Part shown: positions 36,411 to 40,512 of the stretch, piece after piece | Layout of the letters: every line of letters starts with the position of its first letter | Numbering within the stretch: position 1 is the stretch's first letter | Origin: Akkermansiaceae bacterium | GTDB taxonomy: Bacteria; Verrucomicrobiota; Verrucomicrobiia; Verrucomicrobiales; Akkermansiaceae | NCBI GenBank assembly: GCA_051251915.1 | Contig: JBPOGF010000027.1 | Coordinates: forward strand, 1-40,512 | Direction of reading: 5' to 3' | Length of the DNA: 40,512 bases | Program-made: the position numbers and the translations under genes | The notes under the pieces: generated by a model | Told to the model about the DNA's origin: nothing | Seen by the model: the letters and a program-made list of their open reading frames with translations, nothing else | Databases searched by the model: none

Positions 36411-38329
36411 TGCACTGTATCCTCGGCACAGCAGGTCACATCGACCACGGAAAATCCTCCCTCATCAAGGCGCTCACAGGCACTGATCCAGACAGACTCC
36501 CTGAAGAGAAAAAACGTGGCGTCACTATCGAACTCGGCTTCGCCCACCTCACCATCCCAGACAAAGGCACAGACCACGAGATAGGCATCATAGATGTCCC
36601 CGGTCACGCAGACTTCGTAAACAACATGGTAGCCGGAGTCGGCTCTCTAGACATCGCCCTATTCATCGTCGCCGCAGACGATGGCTGGATGCCCCAGTCA
36701 GAAGAACACCTGCATATTTTAAACTACCTCGGCGTAGAAAATGTCATCATCGCCCTTACAAAAGCAGACCTCGCAGAAGACATCGAGTTCACCCAAGAAC
36801 TCGTCCGTGACGAGCTCACAGACACCAGCCTAGAAGAAGCCCCCATCATTCCCGTCTCATCCATCACCGGAGAAGGACTAGACGCCCTGAAATCAGAAAT
36901 CCTATCCCGCATCCAGAAGCTCAAGCAATCCCCCAAAAACCTTACCCCCAGACTCTCCGTTGACCGAGTATTCTCCCCCACAGGCGTTGGCACCGTCATC
37001 ACCGGCACCCTCACAGGAGGCTCTCTAACAAAAGGTGAACCCATCACCTGCATGCCAGAAAAACTTACCTCTAACATCCGCGGAATCCAGAACCATTCAT
37101 CCAAAGTCGAGACCGCATCACACGGCATGCGCACCGCGCTTAACGTACCAGACCTCCCCCTCCACCAGCGAGGTAAACCAGGCGTCCAGCGAGGCTCAGT
37201 CATCACCCACTCAGACACTCTAACAGAAACCTCCACGCTAGATATCGCCCTCACCAGACAACAACGCAGCATCCGCGGCCAAAGCGCCACCAAGCGCGTT
37301 CTCAAACACACCGAAACCGTCATCCTCCACCACGGCACATCCCGCACCCGCGCCCGCCTCATCCTCCACTCACAAACTCAACTCAAACCCGGTGAATCCA
37401 GTTTCGCCCAACTCCGCCTAGAACACCCCATCGCCGCATGTGTAGGTGATCGCTTCGTCATCCGCGATGGCGCCCAGCAAGGAACCCTCGGCGGCGGAGT
37501 CATCCTAGACGCCCTCGCAGAACCCAGACAATTCCGTAGTACTACCAGACTAAATTTCCTCCAACAACGAGCCGAAAGCCCAGACAACCTCCGCCAACTC
37601 ATCCTAACAGAACTCCAGAAATCCCCCATCCTCAGCAGCACCCACCCCATTTCCAACTCCCCCTTCACTCGCTCCCACGCAGAACAACAAATCGCCAAAC
37701 TCATCAAAGAGAAAAAAATCACCAATAGAGGCGACCACATCATCGACCCCTCCGGCTGGAAAAACGCCATCACCACCGCCCAAAACATCATCATCACCTT
37801 CCACAAAAAATTCCCAGACACCCCCACAATGCCCATCGAAGAATGGAGAAGCCAACTAGTAGAAAACGGCATTCATCCATCACTCTCCGAACACATTTTA
37901 AAACATATCACTGCCAACAACTTCAACAAAATCAAAGACGGAATCGCAAGCTCCGAACACTCCCTAGAACTACCACAACACCTCATCCCAACAGCAAATA
38001 AAATCCTATCCACCCTCAAATCCTCCGGCCTCACCCCGCCCCCTAGAGTCGAACTAGCAGACACCCCAGACGCCCAGCAAGCCCTCACCTTCCTGATCCG
38101 CAGCGGAAAAGTCATCGAACTAGACCCCAAAGCACTCCTAGAAACCTCACAATACGAGTCCGCCAAGCAAGCCGTCATCACCCACCTAACAGAAGTACAA
38201 AAAGCCACAGCAAGCGAAATCCGCCAACAAATAGGCACCACCCGCAAAGTCCTCATGCCTCTCCTAGAAAAACTAGACACGGACGGCATCACCATCCGCA
38301 CGGAAGACTTCCGCAGCCTAAAAAAATAA
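36410..38329 (+). CDS. selB: Selenocysteine-specific elongation factor SelB
   Basis: GTAGHIDHGKSSLIKALTG, DRLPEEKKRGVTIELGF, DVPGH, TKAD, DRVF, GMRTALN, and C-terminal winged-helix TRKVLMPLLEKLD. Confidence 0.93.
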   Translation: MHCILGTAGHIDHGKSSLIKALTGTDPDRLPEEKKRGVTIELGFAHLTIPDKGTDHEIGIIDVPGHADFVNNMVAGVGSLDIALFIVAADDGWMPQSEEHLHILNYLGVENVIIALTKADLAEDIEFTQELVRDELTDTSLEEAPIIPVSSITGEGLDALKSEILSRIQKLKQSPKNLTPRLSVDRVFSPTGVGTVITGTLTGGSLTKGEPITCMPEKLTSNIRGIQNHSSKVETASHGMRTALNVPDLPLHQRGKPGVQRGSVITHSDTLTETSTLDIALTRQQRSIRGQSATKRVLKHTETVILHHGTSRTRARLILHSQTQLKPGESSFAQLRLEHPIAACVGDRFVIRDGAQQGTLGGGVILDALAEPRQFRSTTRLNFLQQRAESPDNLRQLILTELQKSPILSSTHPISNSPFTRSHAEQQIAKLIKEKKITNRGDHIIDPSGWKNAITTAQNIIITFHKKFPDTPTMPIEEWRSQLVENGIHPSLSEHILKHITANNFNKIKDGIASSEHSLELPQHLIPTANKILSTLKSSGLTPPPRVELADTPDAQQALTFLIRSGKVIELDPKALLETSQYESAKQAVITHLTEVQKATASEIRQQIGTTRKVLMPLLEKLDTDGITIRTEDFRSLKK

Positions 38330-38359
38330 CCTAAATTAAACCAAAACCTAACCCACCAT

Positions 38360-39535
38360 ATGAAAACCCTATTAACAACCATCGCACTATCACTCCCCCT
38401 CCTCATCTCCGGAGTCCATGCTCAAGCCCCCACCACCGATGCATTAACCAACAGCGATGGCAGCAAGTTCATCCCAAAAGACTACTACCCAAAATTCAGC
38501 TGGGACACCACCCCACGCTACTTCATGTTCGGCGACCCCAACCGAATCCTAAAGCCTGACCAAGTCAAATTCATCGCCGCCCAAACCGACTTCCTTTGCA
38601 TCGAGAAATCCCACGGAATGAAACCACTAGGCTCCGCAGAACTAGGCGCTAAACACGAAACCGCTACTCTCAAAAAAGCCAACCCAAACATGAAAGTGCT
38701 GTTCTACTTCAATGCAGCCTACGCCTGGACATACACCTCATACAACAAACCATTCACCAAAGAAAACATCCAAAAGAACCCAGAATTCAAAAAATTCGTC
38801 CTCCCTAACCCCAAGAAAAAAGACCAACTAGCCGACCGCTACGGCGCCCTCTGCTTCGATGTCCTCAACCCAGACTTCAGAAAATGGTGGGTATCAACAG
38901 TCGTAAAAGGAGTCAAAGATACCGCCACCGACGGAGCCTTCATCGACCAAATGCACGGCAACGCCACACTCCAAAAAGGCAAAAACGACGAGATCCAAAA
39001 AGCCATGGCAGAAATGATGGCAAACCTTAAAAAAGCCCTTGGCCCAGACAAAATCCTTCTCGCCAACAACGCCTACGTCCCCAGTACTAATGAAATTCAC
39101 AAAGTCAGTGACGCCATCATGTTCGAAAACTACGCCCGCGTTAAATCTAACAAAGAAAGCCTACTCTCTGAATGGGACCAAATGCTCCGAAACGCCAAAG
39201 CCGGAAAAATCTCCGTCTTCCGCCTTGGTGTCGAAGGAACCTGGCGCGGTAACATGCAGCCAAACATGCCCGCACTCTCCAAAGAAAAACTAGAATTCGC
39301 CCAAGCCTGCTACCTCATCGGCGCCCAGCCATACTCATACTTCCTCTACAGCTGGGGATGGAAAACAGCCACCGGCCCACTCATCGACTACCCAGCCCTC
39401 AAACGCCCACTAGGTCCACCAAAAGGCGCCTACAACCGCACCACCTCAACCGGCTGGGACTTCACCCGCGAGTTCGAGCACGCATCCGTCTGGGTCAACA
39501 CCGAAGCCAGAAAAGCCAAAATCACCTGGAAATAA
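38360..39535 (+). CDS. Secreted putative glycoside hydrolase (GHL15/GH168-like TIM barrel)
   Basis: Signal peptide; YPKFSWDTTP, KVLFYFN, DGAFIDQ, IMFEN, LGPPKG, FTREFEHASVWV. Confidence 0.65.
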   Translation: MKTLLTTIALSLPLLISGVHAQAPTTDALTNSDGSKFIPKDYYPKFSWDTTPRYFMFGDPNRILKPDQVKFIAAQTDFLCIEKSHGMKPLGSAELGAKHETATLKKANPNMKVLFYFNAAYAWTYTSYNKPFTKENIQKNPEFKKFVLPNPKKKDQLADRYGALCFDVLNPDFRKWWVSTVVKGVKDTATDGAFIDQMHGNATLQKGKNDEIQKAMAEMMANLKKALGPDKILLANNAYVPSTNEIHKVSDAIMFENYARVKSNKESLLSEWDQMLRNAKAGKISVFRLGVEGTWRGNMQPNMPALSKEKLEFAQACYLIGAQPYSYFLYSWGWKTATGPLIDYPALKRPLGPPKGAYNRTTSTGWDFTREFEHASVWVNTEARKAKITWK

Positions 39536-39622
39536 CACCAGTTGGCTAGCTTTTCACTGAAAGAGAACTTTATACCAGTCCAAGCAAAGGCAACGCCTCA
39601 TCTGGCACATGGAATTCCAAGT

Positions 39623-40276
39623 ATGCTCAAAGCCATTATATTTGATTTAGATCAAACCTTAGTAAATCGAACCGCCACATTTAAAGCGTTTATCAAGAGC
39701 CAACATCTCAGGTTCAACTCCGAGATAACTTGTGATGAATCCACCTACATGGACACGATGTTTCTATTTGATAACAATGGTTACAAAGACAAACAAACCA
39801 TGTTCGCCGAAGTCTGTGCACATCTCAACTTGTCTATAGATCCTGACATCTTATTCGATGACTTTAAGCAACATTATGGTTCAGTGCCTATTCTATTTGA
39901 CGGTGTGTTAGAGACACTAGATGAACTCCAACAGAACTACCGTCTAGCCATCATCACCAACGGTAGAGTCAAAGCACAAACCACAAAAATCCGAGTTTCT
40001 GGACTAGAGAAATACTTCGAAGTAGTCACCATTTCTGAAGCCGTCGGAATCAAAAAACCAGCACCCGAAATATTCCAACATTGCCTATCCCAACTAAAGC
40101 TACCTCCCCAAGAATGCATCTACATAGGCGACAACCCTATAAACGATGTCAAAGCCGCAATGGGAGTCGGCATGAAAGCAATTTGGGTAAAGACCCCTCA
40201 TTTTGAACCTCCTGTGCAATGTCATGGAGTGTTAGAAAAATTTGAAGACCTGCAGAAAACCATCACTGCTATGTGA
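39623..40276 (+). CDS. HAD-superfamily hydrolase (YjjG-like)
   Basis: IIFDLDQTL, ITNG, KKP, YIGDNPINDV. The ORF opens at TTG 39542; ATG 39623 is likelier. Confidence 0.9.
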   Translation: MLKAIIFDLDQTLVNRTATFKAFIKSQHLRFNSEITCDESTYMDTMFLFDNNGYKDKQTMFAEVCAHLNLSIDPDILFDDFKQHYGSVPILFDGVLETLDELQQNYRLAIITNGRVKAQTTKIRVSGLEKYFEVVTISEAVGIKKPAPEIFQHCLSQLKLPPQECIYIGDNPINDVKAAMGVGMKAIWVKTPHFEPPVQCHGVLEKFEDLQKTITAM

Positions 40277-40435
40277 TCGCTAGAGCTTTAACTGATTCCT
40301 CCTATCGTTCATCAACAGAAAAGTCTGCTTCCAGACTCAAAATTTGAACTTCAAAATTATAGCTCATTCACCCATCTCTCATGACGCACTCTGCTCCTCA
40401 TCATGACATCCCCACCAGATGGAAATGTCAGCATC

Positions 40436-40512
40436 CCTGTTGCCTCATAAATAGAGCACACCGAAGCTCTTAGTAATACTCTGTAGCGTTGCCTCATAAT
40501 TAGGACACTCTA
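40436..40512 (+). repeat. Right terminal copy of the inverted repeat (probable IS/REP-type element end)
   Basis: 40436-40510 is the exact reverse complement of 1-75; the sequence runs 2 bp further to the window edge. Confidence 0.9.

Noticed and set aside
36173..38406. Long antisense ORFs (144-212 aa) over infA/selB, and similar short overlapping ORFs elsewhere
   Set aside because: They are shadows of real genes favoured by the skewed codon usage, with no recognisable motifs.
40277..40435. Remnant of a gene interrupted by the terminal element
   Set aside because: Only short open frames with no recognisable similarity.

Overview
This 40.5-kb window looks like a whole assembly contig from a Verrucomicrobiota (PVC) bacterium; the taxon is my inference from gene style and content. 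Both ends carry the same 75-bp sequence in inverted orientation, with an internal 23-bp repeat, probably a mobile-element or repeat terminus. The flanks hold mostly housekeeping and metabolic genes: glgB, an alpha/beta hydrolase, USP-DUF389, mutL, an HtrA protease, an RNase H-like exonuclease, RDD, a LolC/E-type permease, a prepilin, a sulfatase-SGNH fusion, a KAS, STAS + PP2C, an OMP, DMT, M32 carboxypeptidase, msrA, tRNA-Arg(CCT), an aldo/keto reductase, an IF-1-like gene coupled to selB, a GHL15/GH168-like glycosidase and a HAD hydrolase. The best candidate for an undescribed system is an 11-gene minus-strand cluster at 16469-27910. It encodes six lipoproteins (two with glycine zippers, and one 52-aa gene below the ORF-track cut-off) and two secreted proteins. 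It also encodes a transmembrane kinase-pseudokinase-Sel1 receptor, a tandem-FHA ABCG-type transporter with large extracytoplasmic insertions, and a coupled 4-TM protein. It looks like a trans-envelope Ser/Thr-phosphorylation-gated export system, analogous to PknF/Rv1747 and TagQ-PpkA-Fha but without T6SS genes. Other notable points: a divergent IF-1 paralog coupled to SelB, a MutL with a degenerate endonuclease motif, several apparently leaderless genes, and strong strand skew that fades in parts of the central region. All family calls come from motif recognition by eye; no searches were run.
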